A DNA stretch of 64,000 nucleotides, from NCBI GenBank assembly GCA_965203905.1, contig CBDBDQ010000005.1, positions 1,376,001 to 1,440,000 of the forward strand, read 5' to 3'. Origin of the DNA: Spirochaetia bacterium (GTDB lineage Bacteria; Spirochaetota; Spirochaetia; SZUA-6; Bin103). How positions within the stretch are numbered: position 1 is the first letter of the stretch; the number at the start of each line of letters is the position of its first letter. Shown in pieces: positions 29,556-38,057 of this stretch. The position numbers and the translations under genes are program-made. The notes below the pieces were generated by a model. That model had not been told where the DNA came from. It did not search any database and saw only the letters and a program-made list of their open reading frames with translations.

Positions 29556-29580
29556 AGCCCTACCAATCCTGGTAGGGATT
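29556..29580. promoter_or_regulatory. Palindromic operator-like site, cassette 5
   Basis: CCCTACCA-ATCC-TGGTAGGG with perfect 8-bp arms. Confidence 0.7.
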
Positions 29581-29689
29581 CTCGGGCAATCGTGTCAGAG
29601 GATCGTTCCCGTCAGTCACCCAACTCCGACCTACGTACAAGGCATGCGCAGCTGCACGCTCCGGAGGGCGTAGAGCAAATGCTTGGGAA

Positions 29690-29712
29690 GGGGGTTGGGG
29701 TTGGGGGTTGGG
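29690..29712 (+). other. G-quadruplex-forming motif G5-TT-G4-TT-G5-TT-G3
   Basis: GGGGGTTGGGGTTGGGGGTTGGG in the leader of cassette 5. Confidence 0.75.
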
Positions 29713-29783
29713 AACTCAGGTTAGTGGATGCGAAGGTATTCGCTTATGGCGCAGGCTTCGAAGGTGCAAGAGAGGAGATTCAA

Positions 29784-30908
29784 GTGAAGTTTCGTCGACT
29801 CAGTAGACTGCTGGCGGTGTCCGCTGCCGTCGCCGCGGTGGTGTTCTTGGCAGGTTGCCCAAGGGCGGTCAAGACGCCGATCAGTTTCGCCGCGGGCGAC
29901 CTTACGCTGACGCTACCGGCAATGGTGATAGGCACGGCCATCTCCGCAGTCGTGTTGCCGGAGGCGTCCGGGGGAGAAGGTGCTTTCACCTATGCCTTGG
30001 CTCCCGAGGTCCCGGGCCTTACGTTCGACCCCGAGACCCGGCAGTTGAGCGGGACACCGACTGCGGCCGGAATCTATCCGTTGCGTTACACGGCAACGGA
30101 TGAAGATGGCGACGCGGCCACCCTAAGCTTCACGGTTACGGTACGACCGACGCTGTGGGGCTCTTGGCACAATACCCATGGATGGGGAGACGGGGGAACA
30201 GAAGTGGAAACTCGGACGTTTACCAACAGCAGGTACATCATATATCGGTCGTACTATCACAAGGACGGTTCGTTTGACGGCAGCTGGCAGGAGAGTGGTA
30301 CTTGGACGGCATCTGACGACACGGTGACGAGGACTTGGTATTACGACGACGACGGCGACCCCGAGACTCCGCGAATCCGGAGGAGTCTGGACTCGGACTA
30401 TGTATGGGCGGATGAGGCGCACAATGTGTTGTTTATTCCCTTCTGGGAACCTTGGCCTGACACTCACGTGGACCCGGGTTTCCGTCGCTACGAGCGCGTG
30501 CAAAATGTATCGCCGTCTTCGGTAGTCGGCGTATGGCAGAGGTCGGACATGGGGGACGATTGGTCTGTCGTTGACACGCTTACGGTGAACGCCGATGGCA
30601 CGTTGCTATATGAGAATTCGTGGTCTGGACGAGAGTCCGGAGGAGTTTGGGAGATGACTGCAAACTGGCAGCTTGTTGAGGATGAGTACTATCTCAATCT
30701 GACCGACGCTAGCGCCACCTGGACCCCAACCGGTGGAGTACCGGAACCGGACTCCTCTTTTCTGGGTGCATCCAGGTTTGCCTACGCTCCTACCCATCAG
30801 TGGCCGGACGAGATGATAGTGTCGCCCTTCTGGCACGAAGACCCGGCCTATGGTGACAGAAATTATAGAGAGTTCGGAAACTACTGGATGACCCTCCAAC
30901 GGCAATAG
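29784..30908 (+). CDS. Array lipoprotein 5, 374 aa
   Basis: GTG after AGGAG; FLAGC lipobox; same architecture. Confidence 0.88.
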   Translation: MKFRRLSRLLAVSAAVAAVVFLAGCPRAVKTPISFAAGDLTLTLPAMVIGTAISAVVLPEASGGEGAFTYALAPEVPGLTFDPETRQLSGTPTAAGIYPLRYTATDEDGDAATLSFTVTVRPTLWGSWHNTHGWGDGGTEVETRTFTNSRYIIYRSYYHKDGSFDGSWQESGTWTASDDTVTRTWYYDDDGDPETPRIRRSLDSDYVWADEAHNVLFIPFWEPWPDTHVDPGFRRYERVQNVSPSSVVGVWQRSDMGDDWSVVDTLTVNADGTLLYENSWSGRESGGVWEMTANWQLVEDEYYLNLTDASATWTPTGGVPEPDSSFLGASRFAYAPTHQWPDEMIVSPFWHEDPAYGDRNYREFGNYWMTLQRQ

Positions 30909-31032
30909 TCGAATTGCGCCACGCGCCTGGACTCGGCCTACAACGGACTTGGCCCGTGGTGGAACGCCGGAGCGTCGCACACGAATGCGACGCTTCCGGA
31001 ACAAAGCCCTACTTCGGTAGAAGAGGGGAGCC

Positions 31033-31440
31033 TTGAGAGCAAAATATGTATATCTGACACAGGCTCTGTGCCTGTCATTACTGTTGTCAGGCACACAAGG
31101 GAAAGGATGTTGCACATCATGGAGCACGAACTCTTCCATGGGCACCAATACGAATACGGGCCCGACTCCGGCCCGAGTGCCGACAAGTGCAACCTGAAAC
31201 CCTGGCGAGACTCAGCGGAAGGTCGGGCTTGGAAAGCGGCCTAGAATGCCGATCGTGACGCCGGTCTTCGAGATCCCTTGGATGATTATGTGGGATAAGA
31301 TCCAACCCACCAGGAAGGCCACCGAAGGCTCAGCCGAGTTCTGGGCTTGGTGGCGTCGAGCCGAGCCTGGTCACCAGAGCCAAGTCCGCGACCTCTGCAA
31401 AATCGCCACCTCACGGTGTGCACTGATGGAGCATTGGTGG
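31033..31440 (+). pseudogene. Decayed paralog of the N-terminal HEXXH domain of the 24538..27585 protein
   Basis: TTG-AGA-GCA start as at 24538; frameshifted fragments HELFHGHQ, WRDSAEGRAWKAA*, EGSAEFWAWW and LCKIATSRC match HELMHVWQ, WTQSEEGRAWIAA, ENQASFYAQW and LCGLAPNRC. Confidence 0.75.
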
Positions 31441-31535
31441 ACAAGTCGCTCCTCCGCCAGTTCCTCGGGACGCTGGATGCTGCCATCATGCGCAAGGTCT
31501 GCCGGGCTGTCGCCATCGCTACGGGCTGCGGCTGA
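31416..31535 (+). pseudogene. C-terminal fragment resembling a PemK/MazF toxin
   Basis: VDKSLLRQFLGTLDAAIMRKVCRAVAIATGC resembles PemK/MazF C-termini; no N-terminus present. Confidence 0.5.
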
Positions 31536-31671
31536 GCTCAGGGGTCGGCGCACGTATGCCGACGCGGCGGCTGGACAGCGCCAGGCCGCGTTGTGCGACT
31601 GGATGGGACGCCCCGCCGGCCTCGGAAATTGCGCACGAGTCTGACTCCGTGCGCCGGGCGGGGCCCCCTGC

Positions 31672-32679
31672 TCAAGAGCCCCACACCCGTTCAAACAGGC
31701 GCAGCCAGTTGCCTCCCAGCAGCTTGCCGATCTCTTCGGCGCGGTAGCCGCGGGCGGCCAGCGCGGCGGCCAGGTTGGGCAGCTCGGCCGGGGTTTCGAT
31801 TCCCTGCGGCTGGAAGCTCAGCTCGGTGTACGGGATCGAGCCGTCGGCAAAGGTCGAAGGAAACCGGGTGCCTTGCTGGGAACCGATGTAATGCCAGAAC
31901 TCCAGTGGCTGATCGTGGGTGGAATCGGTGCCGAAGGCCACGTGGTCGATGCCGATCCGCTGCACCAGGTCGTCGATGGCGTCGACGAAGTCCTCCACCG
32001 TGGAAGCGTGACCCTTGGGCAGAAACGTCGCGAACGAGGTGGCTCCCACGACACCCCCCTTCTCCGCGAGCAGCTTGAGCGCCGCCGCCTCCTTGTTGCG
32101 CGGGTGGTCGCAGAAGTCGCGCGCGTTGGCGTGGGTGATGGCGACCGGCTGCTCGGAGCACTCGATCGCATCCAGGGTGGTCCGCGGGCCGACGTGCGAC
32201 AGGTCGATGACGATCCCGAGCCGGTTCATCTCGCGCACCGCGTCGATCCCGAAATTGCTGAGTCCGGCGTCGTTGCGCTCGAAGCAGCCGCTGCCCAGCA
32301 GGTTGGTCTCGTGGTAGGTCAGTTGCATCACCCGCACGCCGAGGGCGAGAAACAGGCCGAACCGGTCCAGCTCGTTCTCGATCGGCGAGGTATTCTGGAA
32401 GCTGAGGATGATGCCGGTCTTGCCGAGCCGCTTGGCGGCGTGAATATCGGCCGTCTCCTTGACCTGCAGGATGTCGTCGCGCTCGCGGAAGCGGCGCATC
32501 CAGACTGCCAGGTGCGCCATGGTCTGCACGAAGTTCTCCCACGTCGCCACGGTGGCATTGATGGCGGTGACGTTGCCGGCGCGCAGGCGCTCGAACACCG
32601 CGTCGCTGTCCCAGTTGCTGACGTTCAGACCATCGATCACGATCGCCTCGTCGTAGATCCTTCTCGCTTGCGAGCTCAT
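31672..32679 (-). CDS. Membrane dipeptidase (peptidase M19)
   Basis: IVIDGL, QLTY...N..G.GC.E, IDLSHVG, HPRNK, GIDHVAFGTD and LGGNWLR; GGGAGG RBS. Confidence 0.9.
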   Translation of the reverse strand: MSSQARRIYDEAIVIDGLNVSNWDSDAVFERLRAGNVTAINATVATWENFVQTMAHLAVWMRRFRERDDILQVKETADIHAAKRLGKTGIILSFQNTSPIENELDRFGLFLALGVRVMQLTYHETNLLGSGCFERNDAGLSNFGIDAVREMNRLGIVIDLSHVGPRTTLDAIECSEQPVAITHANARDFCDHPRNKEAAALKLLAEKGGVVGATSFATFLPKGHASTVEDFVDAIDDLVQRIGIDHVAFGTDSTHDQPLEFWHYIGSQQGTRFPSTFADGSIPYTELSFQPQGIETPAELPNLAAALAARGYRAEEIGKLLGGNWLRLFERVWGS

Positions 32680-32696
32680 CGCTCCCTCCCGCGGCT

Positions 32697-34049
32697 TCAG
32701 GTGCCGCTGCCGGCGCGCTCGAACCTGGTCCCGATGCGGAACGGTTCTCCCAGGGGATTGTCGCGCTCCTCCAGCGCGTCGGCGATCACCGGGCCGATGG
32801 CGCCGCCGAACTTGAATCCGTGGCCGCAGCCGCAGCCCGCGACCAGCACCCGTTCGCACCCCGGCGCCCAGTCGATCACGAACTGCTCGTCCGCGGGGTC
32901 GGCCATGTTGGTGTAGAGACAGGAGCGTCCGCCCACCAGCGGCGCGTCCGCCAAGGCCGGGACACGCCGCGCCACGAACCCGCGCGCCCAATCCAGAAAC
33001 TCCCCGGTCGGCTGGCGCGAGACGGCGACCGCGGCGTCATCGATCTTACTGTCCTCGGCCACCTTCACGAAGCCCTCGTGCAGATAGGGAAACCCGTACC
33101 ACAGGTCTCCCGGCGAGCGCAGCGTCCACACCGGGAACCGCGCGCGCTCGAAGGGTGCGGGATCGTGCGGCGCGAAGAACGCCATCTGCTGGCGGGTGAT
33201 GCGCACCCGCGGCGCCAGCGCCGGCAGCAGCTCCGCCACCCAGGGCCCGGCGGCCACCACGGCGCGGTCGAACCGGCGGGCTGTGGAGCCATCGCTCCGG
33301 CTGGGGCCGGCCGTACCCGCGGCGACCGCCGCCGCAGGCTCGCGCTTCGTCGCGCCGCCCGCGCTGTCGGCCCCAGCGCCCGTGTCCACCGGGACCGGCC
33401 TGCCCGCCGCACTCTCGACTCGCCCCGCGGACGCCGCGCCCCCGCGCACCGTCGTATCCGCCGCACCCTCAGCCCGCGCCGATGCTCCCATGCCCGCGCG
33501 CACCGTCACGCCGTGCGCGCTCTCCGCTACCGTCGTCACCCGCGTGTGGTCGCGGATCGTCACGCCCGCCGCGCGCGCCAGGTCCGCCAGGTCGGCCAGC
33601 GCCCGGCCGCTGCGCAGGTAGCCGGCCCAGGGATCGTAAAACAACCGGTCTTCGGTGCTCACCGCGAACTGCGGAAACCTCTCCCGCGCCTCGGTCGCGG
33701 TCAGCTCCGCCACCGCGGTCCCGAGCCGGCTCAAGGTCGCGAAGCCCGTCAGCGTCTCGTCGTCGGGTCCGAGCCCGCGCATCGCAATCAGGGCGCCGGT
33801 GCGGAAGTAGATCGAACGACCGGTGCGCTGCTGCCACTCCTGCCACTGCGCGGCGGACCGAGTCACCAGCTCCACGTAGACCTGGTTCGGGTAGCTGGTG
33901 CGGCGGATCATCTTGGCGACATCGGTGCTCGACGCCTCGGGGTTGGGGATCGGCCCGCGCTCGATCAGCGTCACCTCGTGCCCGCGGCGGCGCAGCTCCA
34001 GCGCGGCCGCCAGGCCGAAGATCCCGGCACCGACCACGCACACCTTCAT
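32697..34049 (-). CDS. FAD-dependent amine oxidase (sarcosine oxidase/DAO family) with a low-complexity insertion
   Basis: VVGAGIFGL, SSTD..KMIR, VVAAGPW, SCLYT and GHGFKFG. Confidence 0.88.
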   Translation of the reverse strand: MKVCVVGAGIFGLAAALELRRRGHEVTLIERGPIPNPEASSTDVAKMIRRTSYPNQVYVELVTRSAAQWQEWQQRTGRSIYFRTGALIAMRGLGPDDETLTGFATLSRLGTAVAELTATEARERFPQFAVSTEDRLFYDPWAGYLRSGRALADLADLARAAGVTIRDHTRVTTVAESAHGVTVRAGMGASARAEGAADTTVRGGAASAGRVESAAGRPVPVDTGAGADSAGGATKREPAAAVAAGTAGPSRSDGSTARRFDRAVVAAGPWVAELLPALAPRVRITRQQMAFFAPHDPAPFERARFPVWTLRSPGDLWYGFPYLHEGFVKVAEDSKIDDAAVAVSRQPTGEFLDWARGFVARRVPALADAPLVGGRSCLYTNMADPADEQFVIDWAPGCERVLVAGCGCGHGFKFGGAIGPVIADALEERDNPLGEPFRIGTRFERAGSGT

Positions 34050-34371
34050 GGCATCCATTGGGCCGCGATCGGCGCCACGCTGCAACCGACGCCGCCGGTC
34101 GGTTCCGGCTGCCGTGAGACGCGAGGTCTGGCGGCGCGACGAAGGGTGCTGCAGTTACGTCGACCGGTACGGCGGGCGGCGTTGCGGCTCCGGAACGTTG
34201 ACCGCGGCCGGCATGGCGGATAGGGTCCCCGGCATCAACCCGGGCTCGGGGATCGAGTCGCTGCACGGCCCGGTCCGGACTTCGTGGCCGGGCGTGCGGC
34301 CGGCGGCGGAGGTCGACGGGATGGCGCCCGAAAGGAGTCGCGCGCGTTTCTCGACGCGCTGGGAGGGAGCA

Positions 34372-35568
34372 GTGAAGATCGTCGACCTGAAGCTGCGCGA
34401 GTTGCGCGGAGTGATGGAGCACCCGGAACCGTTCTGGGAGGAACGGCTGATCCAGCCGGTGGACGTGTACCCCGAGTTCCGCCGCCGGGGCGTCACCTTC
34501 CTCCCCGGCCGCGGCGACGGCGGCTACGACCTGCAGGCGGTGTTCCTGGAGATCCACACCGACGGCGGCGTCACGGGCCTGTCCGGACCCTGCAGCCGCA
34601 CCGAGGCATTCGTCATCGACACCGCGCTGCGGCCGTTGCTGGTGGGACGCGACCCGCTGGCGATCGAGCGGCTGTGGGACCTGATGTACCGGACCATGAT
34701 CCACGGCCGCAAGGGCGAGACCATGATGGCGATCAGCGTGGTCGACTGCGGCCTGTGGGACCTCAAGGGCAAGGCGCTGGGGCAGCCGGTGTACCGGCTC
34801 CTGGGTGGGCCCACGCGTACCAGCTTTCCCGCCTACGCCAGCGCGCTCGGGTTCTCCATCGAGCCGCGGGCCGCCGCGCGCCGCGCCGCGCAGTTCGCCG
34901 CCGAGGGCTATACCGCCACCAAGTGGTTCTTCCGCGACGGGCCCGCCGACGGCCCCGCGGGGGTGCGCCGCAACCTGGAGCTGGCGGCGGCGCTCAGGGA
35001 GGCGGTGGGCGACGACGTCGACATCATGCTCGACGCCTGGACCTCCTGGGACGTGCCCTACGCCATCCGCATGGCGCAGGAACTGGCCGCGTACGGCATC
35101 CGCTGGCTGGAGGAGCCGGTGATGGCGGACAAGCTGGACAGCTACGTCGAGATCCAGCGCAGCTCGCCCATCGCCATCGCCGGGGGCGAGCACGAGTACA
35201 CCCGCTGGGGCTTCCGCGCGATCGTCGAGAACCGCGCCATGGAGGTGCTGCAGCCCGACATCTACTGGTGCGGCGGCATCAGCGAAACGCTCAAGATCTG
35301 CGCCCTCGCGTCGACCTTCGACCTGCCGGTGATCCCCCACGGCCACAGCTCGCACGCCACCGCGCACCTGATCGCGTCCCAGCCGCCCACCACCACCCCG
35401 ATCCAGGAGTACCTGGTCAAGTGGAACCTGGTGCACCAGTTCTTCCTGCGCGACCCGCTGCACCCGGTTGCGGGCACCATCACCGTCCCCGACGCGCCCG
35501 GCCTGGGACTGGCCATCGACGAGTCCAAGGTGACCGCGCGGCGGGAGCTGAACTTCGGGGACGTCTGA
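34372..35568 (+). CDS. Enolase-superfamily acid-sugar dehydratase (L-rhamnonate dehydratase-like)
   Basis: HGRKG, AISVVDCGLWDL, KWFF, MLDAW, WLEEP, GEHEYTRWGF and QPDI.WCGG. Confidence 0.85.
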   Translation: MKIVDLKLRELRGVMEHPEPFWEERLIQPVDVYPEFRRRGVTFLPGRGDGGYDLQAVFLEIHTDGGVTGLSGPCSRTEAFVIDTALRPLLVGRDPLAIERLWDLMYRTMIHGRKGETMMAISVVDCGLWDLKGKALGQPVYRLLGGPTRTSFPAYASALGFSIEPRAAARRAAQFAAEGYTATKWFFRDGPADGPAGVRRNLELAAALREAVGDDVDIMLDAWTSWDVPYAIRMAQELAAYGIRWLEEPVMADKLDSYVEIQRSSPIAIAGGEHEYTRWGFRAIVENRAMEVLQPDIYWCGGISETLKICALASTFDLPVIPHGHSSHATAHLIASQPPTTTPIQEYLVKWNLVHQFFLRDPLHPVAGTITVPDAPGLGLAIDESKVTARRELNFGDV

Positions 35569-35648
35569 GGCGCGTCACCCGAGACACGGGACCCGAACGC
35601 ACCGCCGCGGCAGCGCAGGGCGCGGGGCCCGTACCCTGCCCGGCGCGC

Positions 35649-36680
35649 TCACTCGACCCAGAATCGGTGCACGGTGCGCTGGTGCCAGGTTTCGCCCGGG
35701 CGCAGCACGATGGAGGGGAAGTGGGGGTGGTGCACGCTGTCCGGGAAGTGCTGGGTCTCCAGGCACAGGGCGCCGCGCCGGTCGAAGCTGCGGCCGCCGG
35801 CGCCGGCCGTGGGTTGCAGGAACTCGGCGGTGTAGAGCTGCACGCCGGGCTGGGTGGTGGCGACCTCCATCACCCGTCCCGAGGCCGGGTCGCGGACGCG
35901 GGCGAAGGTGCGGAGCTGGCCCGGCGCCGCGTCGATCACGAAGCAGTGGTCGTAGCCGCCGGCGGCGTCGATGCGCTCACCGATGGCGTGCGGTGTGGTG
36001 AAGTCGAACGGGGTGCCGGCCACCGGCAGGATGCGGCCGGTGGGGATCGAGTCGGCATCCTTCTCCAGCACCTGTGAGCAGTGCAATTGCAATTCGTGCT
36101 GTGCCACGCTGCCGCTGCCGGCGCCGGCCAGGTTCCAGTAGGCGTGATTGGCCAGGTTGACGATGGTGGGGGCGTCGGTGGATGCCTGCAGGTCGATCAC
36201 CAGTTCGTCGTGGTCGGTCAACCGGTAGGCGACCTGCACCGCCAGCGTGCCGGGATAGCCCTCCTCGCCGGCCGGGCTGCGGTAGCGCAGCACCACCCGC
36301 GCCTCACCGTCCCCTTCGCGGGCGGCGGCCTCCCACAGCCGGCGGTCGAAGCCCACCTCTCCGCCGTGCAGGTGCACGCCGCCGGCGTTGCCGGCCAGCC
36401 GGTAGCGGACCCCGTCCAGCTCGAACGCGGCCCCGGCAATGCGGTTGGCGACCCGGCCCACGGTGGCGCCGAAGTAGGGCGTGCCCGGGTCCAGGTAGCC
36501 GGCGACCTCGTCGTAGGCCAGGGTGATCTCGTCGCTGCCGCCGCGGCCGCGAATGCGCACCGACTGCAGGTTCGCGCCCAGGGTCAGCACCGCCACGCTG
36601 GTGCCGTGGCGGTTGCCCATCAGGTAGCGATGCACGGGGCGGCCGTCGACGTGGCCGAACAACGTGCGCTCAATGCTCAT
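35649..36680 (-). CDS. galM: Aldose 1-epimerase (galactose mutarotase)
   Basis: GATVGRVANRI, LHGG, EEGYPG, NHAYWNL, GYDHCF and CLETQHFPDS. Confidence 0.92.
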   Translation of the reverse strand: MSIERTLFGHVDGRPVHRYLMGNRHGTSVAVLTLGANLQSVRIRGRGGSDEITLAYDEVAGYLDPGTPYFGATVGRVANRIAGAAFELDGVRYRLAGNAGGVHLHGGEVGFDRRLWEAAAREGDGEARVVLRYRSPAGEEGYPGTLAVQVAYRLTDHDELVIDLQASTDAPTIVNLANHAYWNLAGAGSGSVAQHELQLHCSQVLEKDADSIPTGRILPVAGTPFDFTTPHAIGERIDAAGGYDHCFVIDAAPGQLRTFARVRDPASGRVMEVATTQPGVQLYTAEFLQPTAGAGGRSFDRRGALCLETQHFPDSVHHPHFPSIVLRPGETWHQRTVHRFWVE

Positions 36681-36759
36681 CTCGCCTCCACCTCCCGGGA
36701 CCTCCAGGTTACCCGATTCGCCCGCCTGCCACTCATGTCGTACAATGCTGCGTAGCTCC

Positions 36760-38010
36760 ATGACCAAACGCCGGGTGCACAGAGTACCGCTGACGCAGCG
36801 CCGTGGCGCCCGCCTGGCGCTTGCCTGCGGGCTCCTGGCCGCCCTTGGGATCGCCACCTACCACCTGCCTGACCTGCTGCTGCTTCCCAGCCGCGACCTC
36901 AGCTCCGACTCGGCGCCCGGACAGTGGGCCATGTTCCGTCGCGACCTGGGCAACACCGGCGCCGCGAACAGCGCCGGCGCCGCGCTGCGCGGCACGGTCA
37001 GGTGGGCGTTCCCCACCGGCGGCGCGGTCCACTCCTCGCCGGCGGTGGTGGAGGGCACCGTCTACGTCGGCTCGCGCGACGGGCGCCTCTACGCGCTCGA
37101 TGCCGCCACCGGCGCGCCGCGCTGGGAGTACCGCACCGAGAGCTGGGTGGAGTCGTCGCCGGCGGTGGTGGACGGCAGCGTCTACTTCGGTTCCCAGGAC
37201 GGCATGCTGCGCGCCCTCGACGCCGCCACCGGGGAGCTGCGCTGGGAGTTCGACGCCGAGTTCGGCGTGGATTCGGCGCCGGCGGTGGCCGGCGGGATCG
37301 TGTACTTCGGCGCCGACCGCGGCCTGTTCGCGGTGGACGCGGCCAGCGGCGAGCCGCGCTGGAGCCTGGAGCTGCCGTTCCGGGTGGGTTCCCCCGTGGT
37401 GGCGAACGGGATCGTATACGTCGGCTCGGTGCAGGCATTCGATGCCCGCCGCGGCTGGCGACGGCTGCGCTTCCGCACCTACGGCTTGGTAGCCTCGAGC
37501 GTGGCGGTGGCGGACACCACGGTGTACGCGGTCACCACGGCCGGCAGGGCAGTGGCGATCGACGGACGCGCTCGTTCCGCTCCGCTGGAGCACCGGGTCA
37601 AGCAATACACGATCCAGCTCTGGGCCATGGGACTGTGGCCGCGGCCCAGGCCGCAGTCAGGCAGCCGGTGGGCGCTGCGCCTGGATCAGGGCGGCGCCTA
37701 CACCTCCCCGGTGGTCGCGCACGACACCATGTACCTCGCGGGGGAACGCGGCCTCGTCGCGCTCGACCTCGCCGCGCGCGAGTTGCTCTGGACCTTCCCG
37801 GCAGGGAGCGCCTTTCGCTCCTCCCCGGCGCTGTCCGGGGACACCCTGTACCTGGGGAACAACGACGGCAGCGTCTACGCGGTCGACGCCGCCACCGGCA
37901 CGGAGCGCTGGCGGGTACGCACCGGGGGCCAGGTCACCGGCTCGCCCGCGGTGGTGGACGGCGTGCTCTACGTCGGCTCCCACGACGGCAACGTGTACGC
38001 CATCGAGTGA
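36760..38010 (+). CDS. Membrane-anchored PQQ-type beta-propeller repeat protein
   Basis: Repeats of SSPAVV.GTVYVGS.DG.LYALDA.TG..RW after an N-terminal TM. Confidence 0.88.
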   Translation: MTKRRVHRVPLTQRRGARLALACGLLAALGIATYHLPDLLLLPSRDLSSDSAPGQWAMFRRDLGNTGAANSAGAALRGTVRWAFPTGGAVHSSPAVVEGTVYVGSRDGRLYALDAATGAPRWEYRTESWVESSPAVVDGSVYFGSQDGMLRALDAATGELRWEFDAEFGVDSAPAVAGGIVYFGADRGLFAVDAASGEPRWSLELPFRVGSPVVANGIVYVGSVQAFDARRGWRRLRFRTYGLVASSVAVADTTVYAVTTAGRAVAIDGRARSAPLEHRVKQYTIQLWAMGLWPRPRPQSGSRWALRLDQGGAYTSPVVAHDTMYLAGERGLVALDLAARELLWTFPAGSAFRSSPALSGDTLYLGNNDGSVYAVDAATGTERWRVRTGGQVTGSPAVVDGVLYVGSHDGNVYAIE

Positions 38011-38057
38011 CCGGCCGCGGCGGGCGTTCGCGAAGCCCCCGCGGTATGCGGACGCCC

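Larger units (their letters stand above)
18156..30925 (+). repeat. Tandem array of five ~1.6-1.7 kb cassettes (luxR 3'-end copy, leader, lipoprotein gene, trailer), interrupted by an IS and a large lipoprotein gene
   Basis: Near-identical leaders, N-terminal coding regions and 3' junctions (CAACGGCAATAGTCGAATTG) recur five times. Confidence 0.93.

Noticed and set aside
18156-30925. Array as CRISPR, integron or DGR
   Set aside because: Repeats are kilobases apart with no cas genes; no integrase or convincing attC sites; no reverse transcriptase or template repeat, and variation includes indels and is not evidently adenine-restricted.
34060-34370. Long intergenic region as riboswitch or ncRNA
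   Set aside because: No recognisable conserved motif; an Rfam search would be needed.
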